Assembly: GCA_023213395.1 (NCBI GenBank)
Contig: CM041465.1
Coordinates: 222,463,741 to 222,527,740 of the forward strand
Length of the DNA stretch: 64,000 bases
Source of the DNA: Cycas panzhihuaensis
Taxonomy: Eukaryota > Plantae > Cycadophyta
Direction of reading: 5' to 3'
The notes under the pieces were generated by a model. The model had not been told where the DNA came from. It did not search any database and worked only from the letters and a program-made list of their open reading frames with translations. Shown one piece after another: positions 13,602 through 25,400 of this stretch. Made by a program: the position numbers and the translations under genes. Every line of letters begins with the position of its first letter. Within the stretch, counting starts at the first letter, position 1.

Positions 13602-16416
13602 CTGGGGCAATGTAGCCGATGGATCCTCGGAGTGCACGCGTTGAAGTGAAGGAATCCTCGGAGGCAGGACAAGTAATTCGAGCGAGCCCAAAATCCGTAA
13701 TGTGTGCCGTCATGTTGTCGTCTAAAAGCACGTTGCTTGGCTTCAGATCACAATGCAAAACATGAACATGAGAATCATGATGCAGGTATTCCATGCCATG
13801 GGCTATGTCTATGGATATGTTTAATCGGTTGAGCAAGCTCAATGAACAATCATTCCCATCTTCAATCTCGTTCCCGTCATCAGGATATAGATTCTTTTCC
13901 AAGCTTCCCTTTGGCATGAATTGAAGGACCAAAACTCTGAAATTAAGACTGGAACAGGAGGTTACGATTCTAACAAGGTTCCGGTGACGAATTCTCCTCA
14001 ATACCTTGCATTCCTTTTTGAAACTTCCATTGCGCTCTTCATCCTGCAAATTAAAAACCTTGACAGCAATCACCGTGCCATCCCCTAAAATCCCTTTATA
14101 AACTGATCCAAAACGACCGACTCCAAGCAGATTGGCCTCGCTAAATGCATCAGTTGCATGGATAAGTTGTTGATATGAAGTAAGAGGGAGTTCCCGTTTT
14201 AGTGCAAAGGTTTTCGGGAGATGTAGACTCTTTCTGCTCCAAAGCAGTCCTATAAGTAAAGGGCAGAGAATAAAAACACCAACATTCGCAATTGGTAGTA
14301 TCACTCTTTTCAGAGATGAATGGCCTGCTTGTTTCAAAAGGGGACAGGCAGGCAAGTATATCCGTGATCCACAAAGTCTGGGATTTCCCATAAATGATGC
14401 ATTGCTAAAATTTGCAAAATTCCATCCTTTTGGGACTTCTCCAGTGAGGTTGTCGTATGAGAAATTCAAGTGTGTAAGCATATGGAGTTTCTCCAGAGAC
14501 TTTGGTATGGTGCCCCACAACTTGTTGGAAGAGAGATCCATGTCTTGGAGACCTTTTATATTTCCAAGTGAAACAGGAGTTGGACCTTGCAATGCATTAT
14601 GGGATAGATTCAGATACTTTAATGCTGCGTAGCTTTCAAGTGCGCTTGGAATAAATCCAGTCAAGTGATTGGCAGAGATGTCTATGGCTTGAGTCATTAC
14701 CATTTTACCAATCTCTGGAGGCAGGGAGCCTCCGAGGGAACTGCTGGAGAGGTTGAAATAGAATAATAGATTTTGTAGACCTGCAACCTCTGGCGGTATG
14801 TTTCCATGGAGTCTGTTGTAGGACAGGTCGAGCAGTTCCAGACGCCAGCAGTTGCCCAGAGCTGCAGGTATGTTTCCTGATAATTGATTTTTTGAAAGAG
14901 TAAGCCTTCTGAGCTGATCGAGATGGCCAAGAGAATGAGGAATTGGTCCGGAAAGCATGTTTTCGTCAGGTGCCAATAGCCCTAAGCTTTGTAGTTGACC
15001 CATTTCGCTCGGGATGCTCCCTTGTAATTTGTCGTCGTTCAAATACAATCTTTCCAGCTTTTGGAGTCCTTTGAATTGGGATGGAATGCTGCCGCTGAAG
15101 AGATTGCTATCCAAACCCAGTGTTGTCAAATTGGTTAGATTGCCAATCTGGTGAGGTATTCTTCCTCCTAGATAGTTGTCTCCTAAGCTTAGGAAGGAAA
15201 GTTTGGTAGAGAGCTGGCCTATAGCAGAAGGCAAAACGCCAGTCAGTTGATTCAGGCCCAAGTTCAGCACTTCTAGGAGGGAGCAATTGATGAGATGTGT
15301 AAGAATGGGCAATTCGGTAGTGCTTCCGCTAACAAGTTGATTTCCCTGTAAGTTAAGCCATCGAAGGAAAGCCAACTTACCCAGCTCTATTGGCACCGTC
15401 CCGCTCAGCTGATTTTGGGATAGGTCAATTGCGGTGAGTTGGGAACAGTTGGCAAAAGAGTTTGGAATGTTGCCACTCAGCGGATTTAAGCCCAGATATA
15501 CTACTTGCAGGTTGGTGAGTTTGTCACCCAACTCCGACGGAATGCGTCCAATTAAGTCGTTGCCTGCTAAAGACAAAAATTGGAGAGAGGTGCAGTTGGA
15601 GAGGGAAGAAGGAATCGATCCTTCCAAGTAGTTCAGCTGCAAGACCAGCATTTTGAGATTTGTAAGACGACCTAATTCAGGCGGAATGACACCGTCGATG
15701 TGATTTGAACCAAGAAATAACCGGGTCAAGGTGGAGATATTTGCCGATGAAGAGGGAATGCTACCTGACACTCGGCTTTCCAAGATGTAAAGCACTTTCA
15801 AGCGGGCGAGTGTTCCAAATTCAGGGGGGATGACGCTGGACAAATTTTTTCCGCCCAATTCCAAATCAATCAAGGAGGGCATGTTGGCTAAGGAGGAGGG
15901 AATGGTGCCTGACAACCTATTTACTCCCAAACCAAGAAACTTTAGATTTGTGAGCAGGCCAACTTCGCAGGGAATGGGTTCACTGAGAGGGTTATACGAA
16001 AGAGAGAGCTGTCTTAAGCGGCGAAGGTATCCAAGCTCCTTTGGAATGCATCCGTAAAAGCTATTATTGAAAAGAAGTAATTGACGAAGGAATGACAAAT
16101 TGCCAAGGAAAGGGGAGAGAGAACCTTGTAGAGCCATATCTGTGAGGTCGAGAAGCACCACTCTGTCCCTCCTCGAGCTGCAAGTAACTCCGGTCCAATT
16201 GCAAAATGCAGTGCGATTGGGATTCCAATGGAGCATCACATTTTGGGGGTCGTAAAAGACGGAGGCTTTGAATTGCAAAAGAGAGTGTTGATCGGAAGCG
16301 TTGTTGAGGTGGGGATGCGAATGCGGATGAGGTGCAGACGATGGGAATGATAAGCGAATTGCAAAGGAAAAGGAAAATAGAAGAAACAACGACAATTTCA
16401 ATTTCAGGAGATCCAT
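13602..16416 (-). CDS. LRR receptor-like Ser/Thr kinase, subfamily LRR-XII (EFR/FLS2/Xa21-like), exon 1
   Basis: Signal peptide, LRRNT (SDQHSLLQFK..FCNWTGVTC), about 24 plant LRRs, GNPRLCG cap and TM segment. Kinase motifs GVGRFGSVYKG, IAVKVF, HRNLV, non-RD HCDLKPSNVLL, DFGLAR and GSIGYIAP, ending at donor G|GT (13602/13601). Confidence 0.95.
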
Positions 16417-16488
16417 ATCACCCCCTCAATTTGCAGCCCAACCGATGTTTTTCACCTTCGATCGCTCCAACCTTAGAACACACACGGT

Positions 16489-16494
16489 TTGACT
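16489..16494. promoter_or_regulatory. Possible W-box (TTGACT) about 75 bp upstream of the kinase ATG
   Basis: Exact TTGACY match in a CpG-retaining proximal region; a single hexamer can occur by chance. Confidence 0.2.
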
Positions 16495-16610
16495 CACACT
16501 GAGGATTTTTATCAATCTTCGAGATGCAGTTATTCTCCACAATTCGTTTGATTTTATAGGACTTAGTAGGTAATTAGTATGAATATAGACTATAGAATTA
16601 TAAATATGGA

Positions 16611-16722
16611 TTGTTTTTCAACAATTTATCTTATATTACATGACTTTTGCATAACCACAATTTTTTTGTTTTTCAACAATTTATCTTGTGTTATATGACT
16701 TTTGCATAACCACAATTTTTTA
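16611..16722. repeat. Tandem duplication of about 56 bp upstream of the kinase
   Basis: TTGTTTTTCAACAATTTATCTT.T.TTA.ATGACTTTTGCATAACCACAATTTTT occurs twice. Confidence 0.8.
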
Positions 16723-17384
16723 GTCATAAAGATATTTATATTATATTATACTAGTGCAGACTATCAACAGTCTCTGAGCGCCGATAGGCGTATTTGTAGT
16801 GTTCCCCTTCCCTCCTTTGTTTGCATACTCGATGTTGTAGTGCAAGCAGCATTGAAATCGTGGCAAATAAAAAAATTTGGTTGTGGAAAGGTGTTTTATC
16901 CCTGTCCATGTCATGCATTTATCCATTCTGCCATTGCCACGCTCATTGTTAGGCATTTCAAAAATCAAATTTCAGAGTCCAACGCTAACTGTCTCCTTGC
17001 CCAATAAGATCTTCACTGCCTTCCTAATTTTATCGTGCATTCTTTTACCCTTCCCGTTCAAGTTGATCTAACACTGATGTAATTACATCTATCGAATCGA
17101 ATCGCCTTCGATTAAGCGGAAGTGTAATGAAGTTTTTAGCGGGTGACCTTCCGGATTTGTCAACCGCTCTCACCATTTCCTTTACAATATCACAGTCCCA
17201 GTAGTGCAGGTCCGATTCTACTATATAATGTAATAACATTTTTGCCTTGGAAAAACGTTTTTGCGTTTTTTTTTTTCTTTTCTTTTTTTAAATGGGATAT
17301 ATGGGAGTAAAGTGGGAGGATTGAGGCCACACTCCCCACTCCCTCGCCGAAGTTGTCTGAGGGCACCTATCAGCGCAATTATTA

Positions 17385-18205
17385 ATATTTTTTATTAACT
17401 TTTAAGATGTATATTTTAAATCATTCATTTAATTTTATAAGATTTTTATACGTAATTATTAACAAAAATAGATTTCAAATATCTTTCCACAATCTATATG
17501 ACATTTATGTCTAGTTACTTATTCATATACACTCTTTATATCACTTTCAAAATATACTTTCTTTCAACAATTTATTTTATAGTACATGATTTTTGTGATA
17601 ACCATAACTTTTTCACAAAAATCATCTATATTATATTGTATTTAGTTAATTAATTGTTAATATGGACTAATTTTTTATTAACTTTTAAAATACTAATTTC
17701 TTTTTTCCATGATTCATTTAATTTTATAAAACTTCGCAGGTAATTAGTAATGAACGTGGACCTTATATAACTCCCCACAATTCACATGACATTTGTTTCC
17801 AATTATTATAAATGTAAACTCTCTAAATCACTTTCCAGACACACTTTCTTCAATACTTTATCTCATATTACATGACTTTTGCAATGACCACAACCCCTTA
17901 ACAAAAATCATTCATATTATATTATATTATATTACTTTTTATTAATTAATTATTAATACGAACTAATTTTTTATTAACTTTTAAAATGTACTTTTTTTCC
18001 ATAATTCATTTAATTTTTAAAGACTTTTATAGTTATTTAGTATTAAACATAGACTTTATATAACTTTCCACAATTTATATGACATTTATGCCCAATTATT
18101 TATAAATGTAAACTCTTTATATCACTTTCAAAATGTACTTTCTTTTAATAATTTATCTAATATAACCCTTTGGTAAAAATCACTTATATTATATTATATT
18201 ATATT
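17385..18205. repeat. Three diverged AT-rich tandem units of about 290 bp; related partial copy at about 16540-16750
   Basis: Recurring TTTTTATTAACTTTTAA, ATTCATTTAATTTT, CCACAAT..ATGACATTT, ATCACTTTC and AAAAATCA...TATATTATATT. Confidence 0.75.
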
Positions 18206-18784
18206 ATGAATGTAGGTCCATGGCAAATAATTGCCACAAAAATAAATTATCATTAACATTATTTCACTAGATACTCTTCTTTATTTATTTTAAAATTTCA
18301 TCTTTAACATCACTAATGTCATAATAAGAGTTTGTTTATAATTTAAATAAATGTATTAGTGGTTTATTTGTATTATTTTTATGTGTGATGTAATAATCAT
18401 GTTTATATGATAATTTAGGTATTGTTACCTAAAAAACTAATAATAACACCTAAGCAATAATTTTTACAATGATGTCATCACACTGCATATCTATACTTTT
18501 GCACTTTATCCATATTATAAGATTTATCTTTAGATAATTATTTTTTCCACAATGACTTGTTATACAGGTGTTTAAATTGAAATGAACATTCATGCTAAAT
18601 TATGCTTTTACAATCCTATTATTACACCTATTTCTATGAAATATATATTATAACTTTATATGAAAGGTACCAAGATTATTTTGCATAGATATCATCTTCT
18701 AGATATATGAAATGTTTTCTATTATATTATCAAAACCAATGAGTACTTTCAAGATCCTTATTTTGATGGTTGTACTTTAGTGGG

Positions 18785-21700
18785 TGTTAGGTATAATGTT
18801 CATTATGTGCACAAAGAACCTTAGGACTACATGAACCGACTATAACTAATATATGACAAGGTATGCTTATTTTATTTTTGGTTTATTATTATTTTATGAT
18901 TTTGAATTGTGTCAGTTAAGGCGGGCTTCTGCCCGCCTCCTAACTTATAAATTATATGGGTGTAATACCCTGGTGTTCATTAACACCACCTCAAATATAA
19001 ATTTATTAATAATTTTCAATATGGGTTAAATTATTTTCCTGCTCTACTCTGTCCTCAATGTCTCTCATTTGGTATCAGAGCCTTTTAATTTACTCTTTGG
19101 TGGCACTGTCAACCCATTTGTCAATTTACAAGCATATCTTGGGCATTACTATGATTAATTTTCAAATATCTGGCTCTCACAACTTTCTTTTTTTTAAAGA
19201 AATATTTATCCTTCATGAGATTCACTAAGAAGCTCTTTCTTTTCAACAAAAGGTTAACGAATTGTTGTAACAACTACAAAGCATACAAGAGTATAAATGC
19301 AAGGTATGATTTTTTTATTTGGTTGACTGAGTAAAAGGTGAATCTTCCAACGTTCTCTGTGTTCTCCGTTCTCTGTGGCTGTTTGTTTTTGCTTCGCATG
19401 CTCGCTTCTCCATCTTCCTTCTTGCGTGGTGACGTGGCAACCTGGCTCTCCCATATTCCCTACTCTGCGTGACTATCCTAGGTCCCCATACTCTCTTGCA
19501 GGCCTCATCCATAAATTATCCAATTTAGCAGTAGCCTAAGATCCCAGTTAGAGTCTACATCTGTATGATCTGCCTCTTCATAGGTAGGCATGGTAGAAGA
19601 CATTAACGTCTATTAAAACTTATTACTATTTATTTAAGATTGTTGTCGCATGTGAGGAGAAGGATCTGGCAGATCATTTAGAGAACTAGATGCCATTTCG
19701 ATCGTGAAGTCTATATATAGTTAAGCATTATGGCTGTAAATCAAAACTGAGTACACATTCTATAGCCATTTAATATTCTATGTTTGTAAGACCAGAATTG
19801 TATGGTTATTCGATTCCATTTTCATGAAAGCGAGCTCATAGATGATATTTTCTTCTTCTTTTCTTTTATTTTTTTAATATATATTTATATATTTTGACGT
19901 TTGATTCGTGTACCCTCTCCATGGAAGGGATCGATATGTTTCTGATCAATTTATTATTATTTTTTATGTAATTTTTGATCTATATTATTCACCTATTAAT
20001 GTGTGAGTATATTTCATTAATTTATTTATTTTTTCAAATGTTTAGGTAAATTAAACTATATTCGATATTTTTTGAAGTCCATATGATTAGCCCCTCTTAG
20101 CATTAACCATTGGTCCTATAATATGTCCATGTGATTGTGACCTTTTATAAAAAGAGGCAGACATGAAAATTTAATTAATCATTTTTAATATTTTTTTGGT
20201 TTTAAAACATTTAACTATATTTTATATTATTTCTTGTCTATTAGACCCCCTTTGACCCTAGCCGGTAGTTCCGTTGAGGCCCCATATGACCTCATTTTTT
20301 AGATTTGGGGGTAGATTTGAAAATCCATTAGGGTGAATTTAATAATTTTGGATTTACAAAATTATGTATTTTTTAATAAATTTTCAAGTCCGTAACCCCC
20401 TTTACTGGTCAACGAGTGGTCCTATCTGTTGTCCAAGTGACCGAGGGCCTCACTCAAAGGGGCTTAACTATCCCCCCTATTTAATTTTTTTACTATAAAG
20501 AGGTCTTTCCACAGTTTTGATTATAACTTTTGATCCAGGAGTCCGTTTTTTGAACAACTGGATCCGTTGGAAAGATAAATTAATAATCTACATACTAAAG
20601 CTATTTGTATTATGATTTGAAGTTGCCTTATATGAGTTTAAGGTTGTTAAAGTTAGCCATTCCATTTGACCCTAGTTTGAGCATTTTGCAACAATTCTAA
20701 GCTATTTTATTATTTCATTCAAGTATATTTACATGTTATTGAGATAATAATCTATTGTTGACTAATTTTACTTGATTTTTAGAGGCTCACATCTAATTTC
20801 TTATAGTTTTTAGTCAAATTTGGCCTCTTGAAGGAGAAGAAGATGTTTGGATGCTAATCTCATAAACTAGTACTGTCTAAACCATGATCAACTCTACTTT
20901 AAAGCTATGTTTCATTTTAAAATTCATTTACATTACTTTAAAGCTTATATCAAACTTATTTTCCTCATTTAAGGGTTAACTTAATTTTTTTTAAAGCATA
21001 TTTAAAGTATATTCAAGGCCGAAATAAAAGTACATATTTAAAGGCTATACTTAAAGCATATTTTGTAACTTTTTACAACTTAAAAAGGGCTCATATAAAA
21101 GTGAATTTGTTGCTCATTTATTTTTAATTTATTCATCTATACATTGAAGCTCATAACAGGCTCACTTTGCTTATCATTTATTAATCATTTTGTCTCTTTT
21201 AAAGATCAGCTAAGGTTCCTTTATTGCATTCAAAACTTCATTTAGAGTGCATCGTATATTGCATGTTTATAAGATCCTTCAAAAGCTATTTTATTACATA
21301 CTATTTTAGAGCTTATTTGAATCATTTTTTAAAAGTTTACTTGTTTTATATATATTTCATTCAAGAAGGTGCATTCATTTAACATACATTTCATTTAAAT
21401 AGATATATCTTTCATTTTATTATCAAGTTATGTTTTTATTTGATATTAAGGATTCTTATTTGATTAATAAGACCACATATTTTTCTTTGGATTATGTATT
21501 AAAGTGTTTATAATGATAATAAATCTTAGTACTACAAGTATACCTATATTTGATAGAACTAATTTTTAACTTTAGAGAAATTTAATGAAATCATATTTTA
21601 TTACTAATAATCTTTGAAAATTTGTGAATGATGGTTATAACGAAGATGAATAAAACTTTAAAGAAAACAAAACATTATTTTTAATATTTTGTGCATTAGA

Positions 21701-22461
21701 TGACCACACATTCTCTAGTATAAGTGAGATAACCACATCAAAGAATGCATGAGACATTTTAGAATTGGTTTATGGGGGAGCTACTACAAAATTAGAAGAA
21801 ACTAAATATATTGATGATGTTTTATATGCGGGACAAATGTTAAAGTACGATAACAATGATGTATTTGATAATGTTGTATGTACCATTGATGACTCTAACA
21901 AAGTTGATGATCACTCCAAGGTAAAAGATGAAGAAGATAAATAAACTAATGAAGCCAGACCTATTCGTTTAAATCAAATTTGGAAACCACATGAGTCTTA
22001 TATTCTTGAAGAGGTTATCGTTACAAAGACATTAATAAGGGATGGTGATATGGGATTAGTCTACAACATAGCAAAGGAACAAGTAACATATCTTCTTCCT
22101 AAAGTCTTTATAAGGTTCAAATTCCATAAATTCAAGGAGAAGCTTGGTATTATACATAATGAACATTATGGGGAAGAATATTAGGTATAATATTTATTAT
22201 ATGCATAAGGGACTTTAGGACTATGTGAGTTGACTATAGTTGACATATGGCAAGGTATGCTTATTTTATTTTTGGTTTATTATTATTTTATGATTTTGAA
22301 TTATATTGGTTGAGGTAAGCTCCCATCCATCTCCCAAACTATAAATTATATGGGTATAATACCCCATTATTCATTAACACCACCTCAAATATAAATTTGT
22401 TAATGATTTTCAATATGGGTTGAATTATTTTCCTACTCTACTCTATCCTCAATGTCTCTCA
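18785..22461 (+). mobile_element. Complete non-autonomous Copia-derived LTR element (copy 2, 3.7 kb)
   Basis: LTRs 18785-19067 and 22179-22461; perfect TSD GTGGG (18780-18784 and 22462-22466); PBS TGGTATCAGAGCC 19070-19082; PPT GGGGAAGAA 22170-22178. The 3' internal region is homologous to copy 1. Confidence 0.95.
21513..22160 (+). pseudogene. Copia mini-ORF: gag N-terminus + post-protease segment + RNase H tail in one frame
   Basis: One frame, interrupted only by point-mutation stops: MIINLSTTSIPIFDRTNF*L*RNLMKSYF...KNA*DILELVYGG...YAGQMLKYDNNDVFDNVVCTI...AKEQVTYLLPKVFIRFKFHKFKEKLGII. Confidence 0.75.
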
Positions 22462-25400
22462 GTGGGAGGGTGGTCTCTTTTACTTCAAACCCATAGAAAT
22501 AGGATATTACATCATCACATGTAATTAATAATATATAAATATATTAATAAATGTCTAAGTGATAGTTCCTCTTCTTTATTGGCTTTATATATAAATAGAT
22601 AGGTATACAAAAAGGATAATATAATATACTATAATGGATTAAGCTCTATCAACTAAGGTGTGGATAGATGTCATGCATGTTTCTATCTATCTATATTTGT
22701 ATGTATATGTATATTATAATATAACATATATATATAATGTAGTGTTAGATGTTTAAGACTAAGCTCACCATACACATGAAATTACTTGATAATCATCAAA
22801 ACTCAACCAAGCATTGCCATAGGGCACATAGCATGTCCTCTACTAATCTAGTTATTAATTACTCTATTATCATTAGCCAATATGATTTCTCTTACCAATA
22901 ACATTATCTAATAACCAATACTTATAGAAGTATGGATTTTAGACTAATTAGTCAAAAGGCTTGGTTGTATAATGATTCATTATTTAAATTTTTATAATAT
23001 CATAAGTATTTACACTAACTAAATCTATTATAAGTACAATTATGAGAGCTAACTCATAATCACATTGTTGACAACCCAACTCATATTAACATGACCATTA
23101 TCTTCAAGCTCAGTTGATTAGCTCAAATATCATAAACTAACTCCCCTTTCAACTAATGCTAACTAATTAACATGACTAACTCTCTCCCAGACTTATAGTG
23201 CGATCTATCCTAAAGCACTATATAAAATTTTAAAATTCACTAAACATATCTTTTAGAGTTAATTATATGAAAAACTAAAAATGAATTATGTACAATTATT
23301 TACAAATAAATAATGAAAAAAGTAGGAAATAGTATGGAGTCTAATGTCTCCTCATCAATAGGATCTTATAAGGATGACTTTAATAGAGTGTGGGTGTCTT
23401 TAGTTATTTAGGTAATCTATTATAAATATTATGAAAGAATATTAATAGAAACTTAAAGTTATTCTTTTGACTTCCCTTTCAATGGAGCTATACCTAATTT
23501 CAAATGAAATTATAGCTCATCATTCAATGAATAAGTTATACTAAGGAAATCTTATAATTGAATTTGCAACTCTACAATTCAAGGTTATGTGTTTACTTTC
23601 TGGATTAAAAACTCTTCAAGTGTAGATTGGGAACACTTGGATTAAGAGTTTAAATCCTTAAGTACTACTTTATCTCTACTTTTGTGATCTATCTACAATA
23701 TCCTTTACTTATCAACAATAGCTTGTTTAAGCTCCATCCTCTCATGTGTGACCTATATTAACTAATCCTAGAATATTTTAATATGAGATTAATCAATCTA
23801 AATAGGGCACTAACTCATTCTAATCAATAGTAAGTTGAGAATTCAATTGTTGCATATCAACATATAATAATTGAGTTGGTGCCATTCTCTACTCTGCTTA
23901 ATGCCCTAGCTTTGTTATAATATTAAAAAATAAAATTTATATTGTGTCTAAATACCATTGATAAAATATATATATTCAATCTTTACTTGCTATATACTTT
24001 TCCTTATTTTTTAACTCATTGTAAAGAAAAAGTAAGAAGCCTCAAGGCAGAAGATTTATATAAGTTAAGTGAGATTCTACCTCCTATAGTTGCTAATGTA
24101 GCTTAAGTACATATTTATCTCAATTAGAGGCTCATGTCAAAAGTTTATATAAGCATGCCTTCAAAATATAAATTAAGTTAGCTATAGTAAATTGAGTAAA
24201 TTATAGTGTAATATCAGAGACTAAGGTATCCTACTCAATTGTTAATAAGGTAGGATGCATGTTCTTAATACTATTGATATGTCATTATGTCTACTCCAAG
24301 TTTCATCCTTAATTATTATTGACCTTGGATGATAATGCAAGAGCATCTATAAGTTTTAAATTTGGAGGGTCAACTTGTTGGGGTCATCATTTTTGATGTG
24401 GGCATCTATTTTGGTCTGTTTTTATTTTTTAATCATAGATCTTTGAAAAATGCACATCGAAATAACTCACAATACTGGTAATAGCCTTATTTGCAATAAT
24501 TTTTAAGCTTAAAAAAGATTATCTAGGGGTCTAACATGTCATTTTATGATTATCTATCATGTTTGTAATGCCTTATAGGTATTATTTTTTATAGTTAGAA
24601 GATTCACTTTATATTATATATGTTTTTGTAGGGCTCTTACTCATGGGTTAATTTTTGTGTAAATTAAAGAACCTTTGAATATTGACTAAAAAATAGTAAC
24701 AATTAGGATTTTACTAAAAATAATATTTTTTGTATTTAAGGTATTTTTCACTCTAAATTAATTTTCTAATTTTAGAGGATAGTATTTAGGAATTTTACAT
24801 GGATAAAGGCCATAGATTTATATAGTTTTGGTATGGTAAAAACTTAGTTTTTAGTTTTGGAAATAGAAAAATAGAAATTTACAAAAGTGAGGTGTTCTTA
24901 AAACATTTGGTTATGTTTTCAATTTAAGATTTTTTATTTTCTTTGGATGCATGTATTATTGAAGTAATCACCACCCTATCATTTAGTATCAAAGCATGGT
25001 TTAACTATGGGAGGAAAGCAAGAAGAAGTTTATAATAAATTGTTGGTAAATTTCATGTTTTCTTCTAAAATCTATTTGAGAATTATTGGAAGTAGATTGA
25101 AAGTGTTTACAGGAAGAAAGTAAATAACTTGAGAGATAACATGGCCAAAGGAGGGACTACATAATTGAATAAGAATACATAAGAGCTATAAAGGAAAGTA
25201 GAAGAGATTATAAATATGGTATTAAGGCAATAAGACACCCTTTTAAGCATGGATAAGATCCAAGAAGATATGATACTGATGTAGAAATAGAACTAGAAGC
25301 TAGAATGAAGCTTGAGCAAGAGTGACCATAAGAACCACCATCCTATGAGGATAGAATATTAAGAGAACTATAAGGAAATAACATTGGAGTAAATCTTGAT

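Noticed and set aside
13049-16057. Plus-strand ORFs overlapping the kinase
   Set aside because: Antisense shadows of a coding region with no recognisable domains.
22470-24330. Possible further retroelement relic (gag-like traces)
   Set aside because: Too decayed to assign boundaries or family by eye.
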